DNA of 64,000 bases, taken from the NCBI GenBank assembly GCA_965205065.1, contig CBDBFT010000001.1:1817782-1881781 (forward strand). The letters are read 5' to 3'. The stretch is from Candidatus Poribacteria bacterium. Its GTDB lineage: Bacteria; Poribacteria; WGA-4E; WGA-3G. Below, piece by piece: positions 39,147-49,007 of the stretch. Position numbers and translations under genes: made by a program. Numbering within the stretch: the stretch's first letter is position 1; every line of letters begins with the position of its first letter. Below the pieces are notes generated by a model. That model searched no databases. It saw only the letters and a list, made by a program, of their open reading frames with translations, and was not told the DNA's origin.

Positions 39147-42032
39147 TTATTGTAAATTATAACTAATTCCGAGCGAGAACGATCTTCCTATTCTATAACT
39201 GACAGATGTCGCATCTCCCTGTTTGAAATGCACATCTGGGTCAAGTAGATTCTTTCCAGAAATACTAAATTTGTATGAATTTGCGAACGTCCTGCTAAAA
39301 CTCATATCTAACTGTCCCCTCGGTTGTTCAAACACATCGGGTGCCCCGTGGTTTCCAACATCAGAAAGTCTTCTGCCATAGATGTTGTATGCTATGGAAC
39401 TTGAAATACCCCAGTTCGGTTCTTCGTAACCAATAGAAATATTGATGATGTATGGACACTGTCCTTGTAATGGACGTTCAGATGATGTTTGGATACCGAC
39501 ATCTTCAGGCAAGACGACTCTTGAAGTAATAAAGGCGGCATTTGTATTTATGGAAAATGCTCTTAACTTGGACGTGATAACACCTAAGTTCTGCCTTGCT
39601 TCAAGTTCTATACCGTAGTTGTTTGCACCTTCTGCGTTTTCATAAGTAATACGTACTTCAGCTTGGGGTTGGATAATCTGTTCAATCGGTTTTTGAAATC
39701 TTTTATAGAAAGCACTGATGGCTACAACACCACCCGTTGTGTCTGGGAAAACTTCCCACCGAAAGTCGTAATTGTCAATCAACGTCCGTTCTAAGTCTGG
39801 ATTTCCGAGGATAGTTCTACCACCGACAAAATCGGTAAATTCAAACGGCGCAAGTTCGCGAAAATCGGGACGCGTGACTGTACGAGAAACCGCTACCCTC
39901 AAATTCATCCGTTCTGTAAGACGATATGTTAGGTTAGCTCCCGGTAAAAGATCAAGGGTTCCTAAATCCGCCTTGATGGGTACCAAGACTGGAGAAAAAG
40001 GATCGTAAGTTGTAACGACCTGTTCAGAGGATTCCAAACGTAATCCTGTCATCAGCTGCCATTTAGGTGTTAGCGGTATATCAAACATAACATATCCAGA
40101 ATAGATATTATGGTCAGCAAGGTAATTATCTGTCGCAAGTGTGGATTCCCGTAGTTCAAAAACACGCGGGGCAATGTTCTTTGAATCAAATAGTGTTTCG
40201 GGTGGTGAGGCGAGGTTTACAGTTGCGTCTACATTGTCTGATGGAAGAAACCTAAATCTTCTAACATCAAAAGATCGCGCCCTATCTCGCATGAGACCAC
40301 CCAGTTTGAAGAAACCTGTCTGTCTAATAGGGATTGTCATGTCAGCACGAGCATTATATTCATGGTCTTCCAGATCAAAGAAGAATCTGCTACCGCTATG
40401 TGTTACGTCTCGAAATGTGTATTGACCTTCTCTATCTTCATAGATTGTCTCGCGTGTGTCGGGTTCATTACGGGCGGCACGTGAGTATGTTAACCGCCAT
40501 TCTACAGAAAGATCGTTTGGATCATCGTCCTTTTCAGCCTTTTCAACTACAGCATCATCAATAGTTTCCAAGTTTTCTTCCATAGAAACGGTTTTGAGTT
40601 GAGGTGTACCGAAATTGAAACCGTGTGTACCAGCCAATTGTCCAGAGAAGAGTTGTCGTTCTACATAACGTAACCGTGCACTTTGCAGGTCTGTATTTCT
40701 ATCGGCGTTAAAACCTGTCCAAGTACGGGTCTGGTCTTCTGCTGTATGTGTTGTCAGCGTTCGCAAACTCAGACTGTGGTTTGGCGAGAACCGCAAACTC
40801 GCATTGACTACACTTCCCCAATCCACTTCTTGCCCGCTCTGCTCAATAGCATAATCGGTAACGGGTGAAAGTGTGTCATTTAGTCCGATTCGGAACGCTT
40901 TTCGTACCTGCGTATTGTAGCTATGACTATTACCGTAGGAGATAACACCGAGATAACCGAACTGTTTTCCGAATACTGTATTGCTGTTACCAAAACTGAA
41001 TTTATACCCTTGGTTTACGGGGACAGTATGTCGTTCCGGGGACCATACGTTTGAAAAGGAACGGCCAAATTCCTGAATTTCTTCACTTGTGAATCCTCTC
41101 GTCGTAAAACGTCCGCGTTCTCGGATCGGTATCTCTTCAGCTCTTTCTTGAATGAGTGCAGGAAGTTCTCGTGAACCGTCATCAAATCCCAGAAAGTCGA
41201 GAGAACCGCCAGGATATGTCAATCCTTCTATCCCTGTTGCCTGTGTGTTAAAACCTGTAGACATAGAGAGAGACATTGTCAATGCCTCAGGAAAGTCTTT
41301 TGTAAAAACTTGAACTGACCCCCCTGCAAATCCTCCCGGTTGATCCGGTGAAAATGTCTTCACAGTTTGAAGACTCGCAAGGAGACTCGCAGGGAAAATG
41401 TCCATCGGTACAACACGCCGATTAGGTTCCGGACTCGGGATTTCAACGTTATTCAGCAGTGTATTACTATAACGTTCTCCTAATCCTCGGACAAAAACAT
41501 ATTTGCCACCTACGATACTAACGCCTGTTATACGTCTAATTGCTTGTGCAGCTGACGAATCTGGCAGACGACTGATCTCTTCAGTACTGATGCTGTCTTC
41601 AATTCTTGAACTTCGCATTCTCCTTTCAAGAAGACCACGCTCACCAGATTGACTCAAACGCACTTTCATCGTGATGGCGTCTAATTGGACGACTGTCGGT
41701 TCAAGCGTAACCCGTATAGGTTCAACAGTCGCTCCGGCGTTGACTTCAATTTCTGATAAAACAGAAGCGGTGTAGAACGGGGCAGACACTTGAAATGAAT
41801 AGGTTCCAGCAGGTAAATCTAAAGAAAATGTCCCCGTTTCATCTGTTTTTACCTTGATATTTGTGTCTACAACCTTTATAGTTACATCAGGTAAAGGTGT
41901 GTCTGTATCAACATCAATGACGACACCCGTGATATTCACGGTTTGCTGTGATTCCTCGGCAATAGTATCCACAGTAGAAAACAATCCTATACTCAATAGA
42001 ATTAACAACAATCTGATGTAAATGCTTTTCAT
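39147..42032 (-). CDS. TonB-dependent receptor with an N-terminal carboxypeptidase-regulatory-like domain
   Basis: Signal peptide. The CarbopepD_reg-like VTIKVVDTNIKVKTDETGTFSLDLPAGTYSF. Plug region (ISRLPDSSAAQAIRRITGVSIV). Large beta-barrel ending in an aromatic terminal residue pattern (...GISYNLQ). Confidence 0.75.
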   Translation of the reverse strand: MKSIYIRLLLILLSIGLFSTVDTIAEESQQTVNITGVVIDVDTDTPLPDVTIKVVDTNIKVKTDETGTFSLDLPAGTYSFQVSAPFYTASVLSEIEVNAGATVEPIRVTLEPTVVQLDAITMKVRLSQSGERGLLERRMRSSRIEDSISTEEISRLPDSSAAQAIRRITGVSIVGGKYVFVRGLGERYSNTLLNNVEIPSPEPNRRVVPMDIFPASLLASLQTVKTFSPDQPGGFAGGSVQVFTKDFPEALTMSLSMSTGFNTQATGIEGLTYPGGSLDFLGFDDGSRELPALIQERAEEIPIRERGRFTTRGFTSEEIQEFGRSFSNVWSPERHTVPVNQGYKFSFGNSNTVFGKQFGYLGVISYGNSHSYNTQVRKAFRIGLNDTLSPVTDYAIEQSGQEVDWGSVVNASLRFSPNHSLSLRTLTTHTAEDQTRTWTGFNADRNTDLQSARLRYVERQLFSGQLAGTHGFNFGTPQLKTVSMEENLETIDDAVVEKAEKDDDPNDLSVEWRLTYSRAARNEPDTRETIYEDREGQYTFRDVTHSGSRFFFDLEDHEYNARADMTIPIRQTGFFKLGGLMRDRARSFDVRRFRFLPSDNVDATVNLASPPETLFDSKNIAPRVFELRESTLATDNYLADHNIYSGYVMFDIPLTPKWQLMTGLRLESSEQVVTTYDPFSPVLVPIKADLGTLDLLPGANLTYRLTERMNLRVAVSRTVTRPDFRELAPFEFTDFVGGRTILGNPDLERTLIDNYDFRWEVFPDTTGGVVAISAFYKRFQKPIEQIIQPQAEVRITYENAEGANNYGIELEARQNLGVITSKLRAFSINTNAAFITSRVVLPEDVGIQTSSERPLQGQCPYIINISIGYEEPNWGISSSIAYNIYGRRLSDVGNHGAPDVFEQPRGQLDMSFSRTFANSYKFSISGKNLLDPDVHFKQGDATSVSYRIGRSFSLGISYNLQ

Positions 42033-42182
42033 TTTTCCTCTTAATTTAACTTGTTTGTTCTAACATTATGTTCTTCATTCTTAAAGCAATTTCCAATGGT
42101 GCAAAAATTCTAACTTCAGAATGAAACAAAATTGTGATATTTCTTTGGCAAATACAAGAAATTAAATCAAACTCGGTTTTTA

Positions 42183-42797
42183 ATGGCGAAGATTAAAACC
42201 TTACTCTGGAGACACCCTTTCATGCTCAAGGAATTATTAAGGAAAACGACACACCTTGCGGGGTTCTTTATACCCTTAATTTATATCGTTCTGGATAAGT
42301 CAACGATGATATTTATTGCAGGTGCTTTGGTAGGAATTGCGCTGATTGTAGAGTTTCTAAAATGGGTATCTGAAAGTTTCAGGGAGCTGTTTTTTCGCTT
42401 CTTTGAATTTATTCTACGTAGACATGAACGCAAGGGTGCAATTACCGGAGCGACATATTATATTATCAGCACGTTTCTATGTATTGTAATCTTTCACAAA
42501 CACATCGCAATAGTAAGTATCTTCTTTATTGTCTTGGGGGATACAGCTGCTGCTTTAGTGGGTAAGGCATGGGGACGTATAAAACTCATTGGTAATAAGA
42601 GTTTGGAAGGGAGTATAGCCTGTTTTATTGTATGTGCTGTGATTTCGTTGTTCTGGATTGACCCCGTTGTCGGACTTACAGGTGCATTTGTAGCAACTCT
42701 TGCTGAACTACTTCCACTTCGTATTGATGATAATCTGACTGTGCCGTTAATTTCAGGCGCGGTGATGCAGGTTATGGTAAGTAATCTAACTTTTTAA
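42183..42797 (+). CDS. CTP-dependent polyprenol/diacylglycerol kinase family membrane protein (SEC59/DGK1/CdsA-like fold)
   Basis: KSLEGSIACFIVCAV motif (K-S-x-E-G-S) and ~6 transmembrane helices. Confidence 0.5.
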   Translation: MAKIKTLLWRHPFMLKELLRKTTHLAGFFIPLIYIVLDKSTMIFIAGALVGIALIVEFLKWVSESFRELFFRFFEFILRRHERKGAITGATYYIISTFLCIVIFHKHIAIVSIFFIVLGDTAAALVGKAWGRIKLIGNKSLEGSIACFIVCAVISLFWIDPVVGLTGAFVATLAELLPLRIDDNLTVPLISGAVMQVMVSNLTF

Positions 42798-42936
42798 TTT
42801 ACAGGTGAGAGGACTACGGCTTTTGCTTAGCCATACGCGAACTACGAAGCTACGAATCATTTACCTTGACAAATCACTCATAATAACGCGATACTGTGTA
42901 TAAGCAATTCAATATGTATCATAAGAGGATAACATA

Positions 42937-43257
42937 ATGATAGACAAACATGATTTTACCATTGAAAAAATAAAGATTTCACCGGTCAATATTGATGCTG
43001 AAGATGAAGCAGGTATTAGAGAAACTATATTGAAACTGGCTCATGGACATAAGAAAGGAGAGACTGAGATAGAGGTGTTCAAAGAATTTTCGTCTACGTT
43101 GGAACAAGCATTCGGCGCGCAGATGTCTTTGTTTAACTTTCATTCAAATGATTATAAGTCATGGAGACTTATCCTTCCGACAGATGGTAGTTTTGATGAC
43201 TCACCTTCAAAGATTTCTATCTCGTTTCATATCCAACGTGTAGAAGCCCCTAATTAA
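42937..43257 (+). CDS. Hypothetical 106-aa protein
   Basis: ATG ORF with AGGA-like ribosome-binding site, upstream partner of the DUF2971 gene. Confidence 0.4.
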   Translation: MIDKHDFTIEKIKISPVNIDAEDEAGIRETILKLAHGHKKGETEIEVFKEFSSTLEQAFGAQMSLFNFHSNDYKSWRLILPTDGSFDDSPSKISISFHIQRVEAPN

Positions 43258-43335
43258 TCATATCAAGGAACCTCTATGATTTGTCAACTTGCTGGAATTG
43301 CACAACCAAAAGATACGGATGTTCTTTGAAAATAT

Positions 43336-44055
43336 ATGAGCCTTGAAAAATTTGTGAGTCTTTTAGATACAAGGAGCCTCTTCTTTACAAGAGCAGACAA
43401 GTTTGAGGATCCTTTTGAAGGATTCACACCACTATCAGTAACTGAGTATTATAAACACAATATTGATAACATTGCTACTTTTGAGATGCTTCAAAAAAAT
43501 TGGCACAAATATACCTTATGTAGTTGTTGGCACAATGCCCCAGAAGAATCCATGGCAATGTGGGAAAAGTATCACATGCATAACAGCGGGATTGCTATCA
43601 AAACAACATTTGGTGATTTTAAAGGATGTTTGAGGAATGAGTATGATATATTTCTTGGTAAAATAGAATATATAAATCACTATGAGTACCAAGTACCACA
43701 GAATCTAAACGAAATGAGTATGTTATATACGTGGTATTTTCATAAGAGAAAACCTTTTGAATATGAACGAGAATTCCGCGCAATTATTGGAAACTTGCCG
43801 TCATTTTTGAGGAATCATATTGATAACCTTGGTAATCTTAAAAATCAAGATACAACCTTAGAGAAAATTGAATTCCCAGATACTTGCGAAATTGGACTTC
43901 CTTTTAATGTTGATGTAAACCTGATGATTGGCGAACTCATAACATCACCATACAGTGAGAAATGGATCACAGACGTGGTCAGATCTGTCGTCCGCCAATA
44001 CGGTTTTGATTTCAACGTTAATCCTTCGAATATTTTGGATGATCCATCTGAATAG
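43336..44055 (+). CDS. DUF2971-family protein
   Basis: N-terminus MSLEKFVSLLDTRSLFFTRADKFEDPFEGF matches the DUF2971 signature (...fNDPfEg). Confidence 0.55.
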   Translation: MSLEKFVSLLDTRSLFFTRADKFEDPFEGFTPLSVTEYYKHNIDNIATFEMLQKNWHKYTLCSCWHNAPEESMAMWEKYHMHNSGIAIKTTFGDFKGCLRNEYDIFLGKIEYINHYEYQVPQNLNEMSMLYTWYFHKRKPFEYEREFRAIIGNLPSFLRNHIDNLGNLKNQDTTLEKIEFPDTCEIGLPFNVDVNLMIGELITSPYSEKWITDVVRSVVRQYGFDFNVNPSNILDDPSE

Positions 44056-44104
44056 ATCAATAGGCTGACAGATTAAATTAAACGAGAGTTCTACTTACAC
44101 ACGT

Positions 44105-44520
44105 CTACTCCTCTGTCTGTCCTGCTATAGCCGAAGCACGGGCACCCACACCGAGTACACCAAGGAATCCCTCCGAATCTGTGTGGTCAAAATCCCCAAT
44201 ATCTTCCATTGATGATGTCTCCTCCGAATATAATGAATGCGGCACCCCACTCGCAGCATGAAACGATACGTTCCCTTTGTATAGTGCCACCGTTATCGTT
44301 CCAGTCGCTAAACGGGTCAACGGTTCAATTGATGCAAGCATCGCCTGTGTAGCAGCATCAAACCAATACCCTTGATATATCTGCTCAGCGATGGTTGTGG
44401 AAATCGCAAAATGTTCTATATCATCAGGAACATCTTTATGATGGACACCCATCCCTGGTGTGATAAACCCAGCCGGTGTCTTCAGTGATTCTAACCGAAT
44501 AATTTCACTTTACTTGGCAA
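44105..44520 (-). pseudogene. argG: Remnant partial copy of argG (3' ~350 nt joined directly to the argG 5' leader; internal ~650-bp deletion)
   Basis: 44105..44452 encodes the same 115-aa C-terminus as argG at 45856..46215 (...TITVALYKGNVSFHAASGVPHSLYSEETSSMEDIGDFDHTDSEGFLGVLGVGARASAIAGQTEE). 44455..44520 matches 46455..46500 and then jumps to the argG upstream leader (compare 47105..47150 TAATTTCACTTTACTGGCAATTTGTGTTTCATCCAATA). Confidence 0.75.
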
Positions 44521-44875
44521 TCTGTGTTTCATCCAATAGGGTGCGTAAAGTTATTGTCATTGCATCTTTTGTAGCACATTCTGTTAGATTGTGCATCTTT
44601 GAAACCGATCAATGCCATATAATGAACCAAAATCCCTTCCGCGTCCACCGCGTCCTCCGTGTCTTCCGCGATTCAGACAAATAGAGGACAAAAACTTTAC
44701 ACACACCTTATAATATAGTACTTGACAAAGCATTAGTCCTGTTATGACAGTCAAAAAAACAGCCATGGACAAACACAACATATCTCTTGATTTTTTTGTA
44801 ATCAGGTGCTACCCTATATAAAAATTCGTAGGAAGCAATACAATTCAGTGGGGTAGCGTACAGGCTGCTCCATAG

Positions 44876-45140
44876 GCGTCAATTTATTGATGTTACCAGG
44901 CCGGTAGGTTCGGTTTCCTAACCGAACCGGCTTTGCACCATCAAATCATTAGTAGCAAATGTAGAGGAGAATGAAAGGATTCAGACAGTGAAGCGAATAA
45001 GTGCATTCTTAACAAGATATATATATGCCGTATTTTCTTGTCTTTATCTGTTTATAGTCGGATTCCTTTTCAAGCAATACAATTCAAAACCGCGTCAATT
45101 TATTGATGTTACCAGGCCGGTATCGATCATTAGTAGCAGA
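44876..45140. repeat. Duplicated composite repeat: TCAATTTATTGATGTTACCAGGCCGGTA...ATCATTAGTAGCA at 44876..44965 (with REP palindrome) and 45085..45140 (palindrome core deleted)
   Basis: Near-identical ~30-nt flanks. The first copy contains GGTAGGTTCGGTTTCCTAACCGAACCGG. The spurious ORF 44988..45203 lies between the two copies. Confidence 0.8.
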
Positions 45141-45289
45141 TTTGTGCCCAGTTCGGTTATGTTGAGAAAACGCCAACCCCTATTGTCCCAAAGGTTGAAT
45201 TAGCTGAGGTTGTCTCAGAAGATATCTCCATTCAGGTACGTGAGCCTATCGCCATTGATGGTAATATTTCTCTTGCCGAAATTGCTGTT

Positions 45290-45829
45290 ATGTCCAAATT
45301 GGTGAAACGATATAACCCGCATAGACTCTTTGAGATCGGTACGTTTGATGGACGCACAACACTGAATTTGGCAGCAAACGCTTCTGCAGGAGCTGAAGTC
45401 TACACCCTTGACCTACCGAAGGATAAACTATCCGAGACAGACCTGCCATTAGAAACTGGCGAAGAAAAATATATTGATAAGACAGAATCAGGCGTAAGAT
45501 TTTTGGGGACTGATTGTCAGCAGAAGATCACCCAATTGTACGGTGATTCCGCGACCTATGATCTCTCTCCATTTTTCAACACGGTGGATTTTATATTCAT
45601 AGACGGTTCTCATTCATACCAATATGTGTTGAATGATTCAAAACGGGCACTCGAATTATTGCACAACGGACAGGGTGTGATTATATGGCACGATTACGGT
45701 AAACCGTGGTGGCCAGGACTGACGACTGCACTAAATGAGATGTATTCAGCGGGAAAGGAATTCAAAAACATCCAACATATTCAGGGAACGTCTTTGGTGT
45801 ACTTAGTAATTGACGATGACTGTGACTGA
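45290..45829 (+). CDS. Class I SAM-dependent methyltransferase (TylF/O-MTase-like), apparently 5'-truncated
   Basis: LFEIGTFDGRTTLNLAA, FIFIDGSHSYQYVL and VIIWHDYG motifs. The reading frame is open upstream to a stop at ~45134 without an ATG. Homology-like sequence (ISLAEIAVMSKLVKRY) precedes the called start, and the repeat insertion lies right at the 5' end. Confidence 0.55.
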   Translation: MSKLVKRYNPHRLFEIGTFDGRTTLNLAANASAGAEVYTLDLPKDKLSETDLPLETGEEKYIDKTESGVRFLGTDCQQKITQLYGDSATYDLSPFFNTVDFIFIDGSHSYQYVLNDSKRALELLHNGQGVIIWHDYGKPWWPGLTTALNEMYSAGKEFKNIQHIQGTSLVYLVIDDDCD

Positions 45830-45855
45830 TGTATCGGTTAGTGAAGTCATCACAT

Positions 45856-47094
45856 CTACTCTTCCGTTTGTCCTGCTATTGCAGAAGCACGGGCACCCAC
45901 GCCGAGTACACCAAGGAATCCCTCCGAATCTGTGTGGTCAAAATCCCCAATATCTTCCATTGATGATGTCTCCTCCGAATACAATGAATGCGGCACACCA
46001 CTCGCAGCATGAAAAGCCACGTTCCCTTTGTATAGTGCAACTGTTATCGTTCCAGTCGCTAAACGTGTCAACGGTTCAATTGATGCAAGCATCGCCTGTG
46101 TAGCAGCATCAAACCAATACCCTTGATATATTTGCTCAGCGATGGTTGTGGAAATCGCGTCATAATGCCGACGTGCCCGTCTATCTATGATGAGCTGGAG
46201 TAGAAACGCATAGCATTTACCTAACAGTTCCATCCCAGGTGATTCATAGACTCCACGACTCTTGATCCCAACAAATCTGTTTTCAACCGTATGTATTCCG
46301 ATACCGATACCATTTTGTCCACCAATTCGGTTTGCTTCATTCAGACTCATCAGCGGAGTGCCTGGAGAACCGTTTATCTCTACTGGCGTTCCACGACTAA
46401 ATGTCACTGTAAAATATTCTATATCATCAGGTGCATCTTTAGGGTGGACCCCCATCCCTGGTGTAATAAACCCAGCAGGTGTTTTCAGTGATTCTAACCG
46501 ACCTGCTTCGTGTGTCAATCCTAATAAATTCGCATCCGTAGAGTAAGGTTTTTCGTGTGTAGCCGTAATCGGTAAATTATGTTGTTGACAGTAATCAATC
46601 ATCTCTTTTCTGCCGCCGAATTTTATGAGGAATTCGGGGTCTCGCCATGGGGCGTACACAGAAAAGGCAGGATTAAGCATGTTTGTTGCCAGTTGAAAAC
46701 GAACTTGGTCGTTCCCGCGTCCTGTTGCGCCGTGTGTTAATATAGAGATATCCCGTTTCTCCATCTCCGGTAATAGTGCTTTCACGGTGACATGTCGTGC
46801 GATGCCAGTTGTGTTCCAATACCCTCCTTCATACATCGCTTGCGTTTGGATTAGACGGATACCCGCTTCAGCAAGTGCGTCCTTTGCATCAACCATCACC
46901 GCTTCTTTTGCGCCGCATACCATCATGCGTTCTCGGATTTCATCAACGTCCCGTTCATCAGGTTGTCCGAGATCCGCTGTGAAACAGACGACATTAACAC
47001 CGTTATCAACTAACCATTTTGTGATTGTGCAGCTATCAAGTCCACCAGAGACCGCAGCCCCAACAGTTTTACCTTCTAATGTTTTAATCTTCAT
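45856..47094 (-). CDS. argG: Argininosuccinate synthase
   Basis: N-terminal AVSGGLDSCTI PP-loop, ...YEGGYWNTTGIARH..., 412 aa. Confidence 0.9.
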   Translation of the reverse strand: MKIKTLEGKTVGAAVSGGLDSCTITKWLVDNGVNVVCFTADLGQPDERDVDEIRERMMVCGAKEAVMVDAKDALAEAGIRLIQTQAMYEGGYWNTTGIARHVTVKALLPEMEKRDISILTHGATGRGNDQVRFQLATNMLNPAFSVYAPWRDPEFLIKFGGRKEMIDYCQQHNLPITATHEKPYSTDANLLGLTHEAGRLESLKTPAGFITPGMGVHPKDAPDDIEYFTVTFSRGTPVEINGSPGTPLMSLNEANRIGGQNGIGIGIHTVENRFVGIKSRGVYESPGMELLGKCYAFLLQLIIDRRARRHYDAISTTIAEQIYQGYWFDAATQAMLASIEPLTRLATGTITVALYKGNVAFHAASGVPHSLYSEETSSMEDIGDFDHTDSEGFLGVLGVGARASAIAGQTEE

Positions 47095-47214
47095 AGATGA
47101 GATTATAACATAATTTCACTTTACTGGCAATTTGTGTTTCATCCAATATTAACATTTCTGTTGCTTTTTCGGTTAGGAATCGTTAAAATACCTTAACAAA
47201 AAAGGAGTAGAACT

Positions 47215-48003
47215 ATGGTAGAACTATCACGAGATGACATTGATTTTTTTAAAAATCAAGGATATTTGATAAAACGAGAAGTCCTAAACCCTGAACTGAT
47301 GGAACGCGCACGTAGTAGACTATGGGAAGGTGCACCTGACGGAAGAGTGCGCGAAAATCCTGATACATGGACAGGTCCCTTCAAACCCGAAGAGGAAAAC
47401 GAACATAATTCTAACCGAAGAAAAGGATTTCGCTGGAACTACAGAGAACCCGGCAGTGAAGCCTGGATGGTCAAATTGCTGGCTACGGATCCTAATGTGT
47501 GGCACATGGCTGAACAGTTCTTAGGTGAAGGTAATCTCGTTGAACCAGCAGGCGTACGCGGGATATATTGCACACTCCCTTATGGCGACGTTCCAAAAAA
47601 ATCCATTGGATGTCATGTAGACGCCCACCCTTTCCATCTTGGAGTCGTCGGTTACATTGATGATGTGCCACCAGAAGGCGGGGGATTTACCGTGTGGCCC
47701 GGTAGTCACAAAGTCTTCTATTATGACTACAAGTCACAATACAAACATGAGCCGACACCACAATACGACGTAGATCGGGAACGGATCAGTAGAGAACCCG
47801 GGGTAGACTGTCACGGAAATGCAGGAGACATTGTATTTTGGCATCATCGTATCGGACATGCAGCGGGACATAACTATTCACGCCAAATACGACAAGCAGT
47901 GCTTTACGACTTTAGAAAAACGGAATTATCCGAAACCCAAGAAGAACCACCTAATGAGGATATGTGGCGGGATTGGCCCGGTATCAAAGCGTTAGAAAAC
48001 TAA
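47215..48003 (+). CDS. Phytanoyl-CoA dioxygenase (PhyH)-family Fe(II)/2OG oxygenase
   Basis: HxD (CHVDAH) and a distal His cluster (HHRIGHAAGHN); 262 aa. Confidence 0.5.
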   Translation: MVELSRDDIDFFKNQGYLIKREVLNPELMERARSRLWEGAPDGRVRENPDTWTGPFKPEEENEHNSNRRKGFRWNYREPGSEAWMVKLLATDPNVWHMAEQFLGEGNLVEPAGVRGIYCTLPYGDVPKKSIGCHVDAHPFHLGVVGYIDDVPPEGGGFTVWPGSHKVFYYDYKSQYKHEPTPQYDVDRERISREPGVDCHGNAGDIVFWHHRIGHAAGHNYSRQIRQAVLYDFRKTELSETQEEPPNEDMWRDWPGIKALEN

Positions 48004-48439
48004 CGAAGATCTAAGGCATTAGGTCTATAGAAATATGTTGCGGGACTTCTGGCACTCCCGCGGGGGGCATTGCGATTCTTTGTAGCACATTCATCCTTGA
48101 TTGTGCTTCTTCTACAACCATCTTATGCGTCAATTTATGGCTCTTCCCTCTTCTTGGCAGGCTATATATAAAACCGATTTTATCCTCATACCTTTCGCAC
48201 CGCTGGTGCTTCGGTTTTCGTGTGACACGTTTTCTTCTATACACCTTTCGCACCGAAATCAACGCTATGAATGCGCGTATGGCATTCAGCGGGGGCTGAT
48301 ATATGATTTTCCAAAGCCTCAGAGAGGCGAAAGGTGTATAGTCCGCATTGATACAAAACTTTACACACACGTTCTCTATCTTTAGGGACAGAAAACTTAC
48401 ACACCCGAAGAAGACATCTCTTGTGAATAGCATCTTGAT

Positions 48440-49003
48440 ACACAAACTCAACAATCCGCGCAATCCGTGTCATCCGTGATAATCCGCGATTCCGACAAGT
48501 TAAGCAACATTTTTCTATAAACATATCGTCCCTACCAAATCAACTAATATATTTTGTAAAAATGATTTTACAAAATCCAAAACGATCAGGACCTACGCAT
48601 AATCATTCAAGTGTGGGTAAAACACGATTTTCCTGTTCGTATAATTCGGCAACAGAACAAAATGCATCAATGGCGTTGCCTATTGCGTCATCTAACGTAT
48701 CGCATTCAGTTATTAACTCAGGTAACTGCTCACACGTTATCGTAAATCCTCCCTCTGGCTGTTTTTCAAGTATAAGGGTTAACCTATGTTTCATAATATC
48801 TCCCCTATGTGGTTATTGGTAGGTATTTTTTACAATTTGTGCAAATTATCATACTTCAGAATCACGGATTTTCGCGGATGACGCGGATGGACGCGGATAA
48901 TGTTTTCGCACTCCCTAAGTCTGTTTCCAAAAGAATAGGTCAGTGAGATAAAGCCTCTTAAAATCCGCGAAATCTGTGAAATCCGTGTAAATCTGCGATT
49001 CAG
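48440..49003. repeat. Heptamer (ATCCGCG/CGCGGAT)-rich short repeats flanking the hicB-like gene: left copy 48440..48480, inverted copy 48855..48900, second direct copy 48960..49003
   Basis: Left AATCCGCGCAATCCGTGTCATCCGTGATAATCCGCGATT. Reverse complement of 48858..48900 = TATCCGCGTCCATCCGCGTCATCCGCGAAAATCCGTGATT. Related units are also at 44640..44680. Confidence 0.7.
48603..48794 (-). CDS. HicB-like (UPF0150/RNase H-like fold) antitoxin domain protein, orphan
   Basis: MKHRLTLILEKQPEGGFTITCEQLPELITECDTLDDAIGNAIDAF... matches the HicB N-terminal domain pattern (..y.a.vpdlPG..tqGdTleEA..na.eAi..). No hicA-like ORF is adjacent. Confidence 0.55.
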   Translation of the reverse strand: MKHRLTLILEKQPEGGFTITCEQLPELITECDTLDDAIGNAIDAFCSVAELYEQENRVLPTLE

Positions 49004-49007
49004 CACT

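Noticed and set aside
44988-45203. 71-aa ORF between the two copies of the duplicated composite repeat
   Set aside because: Lies entirely in repeat-derived sequence, with hydrophobic low-complexity translation and no ribosome-binding site, so it is likely non-coding.
48011-48463. 150-aa minus ORF and 48830..49030 66-aa ORF near the hicB-like gene
   Set aside because: Both span repeat elements (family-A copy, inverted-repeat arms, ATCCGCG blocks). No motifs; the 66-aa ORF is not HicA-like. Treated as non-coding.
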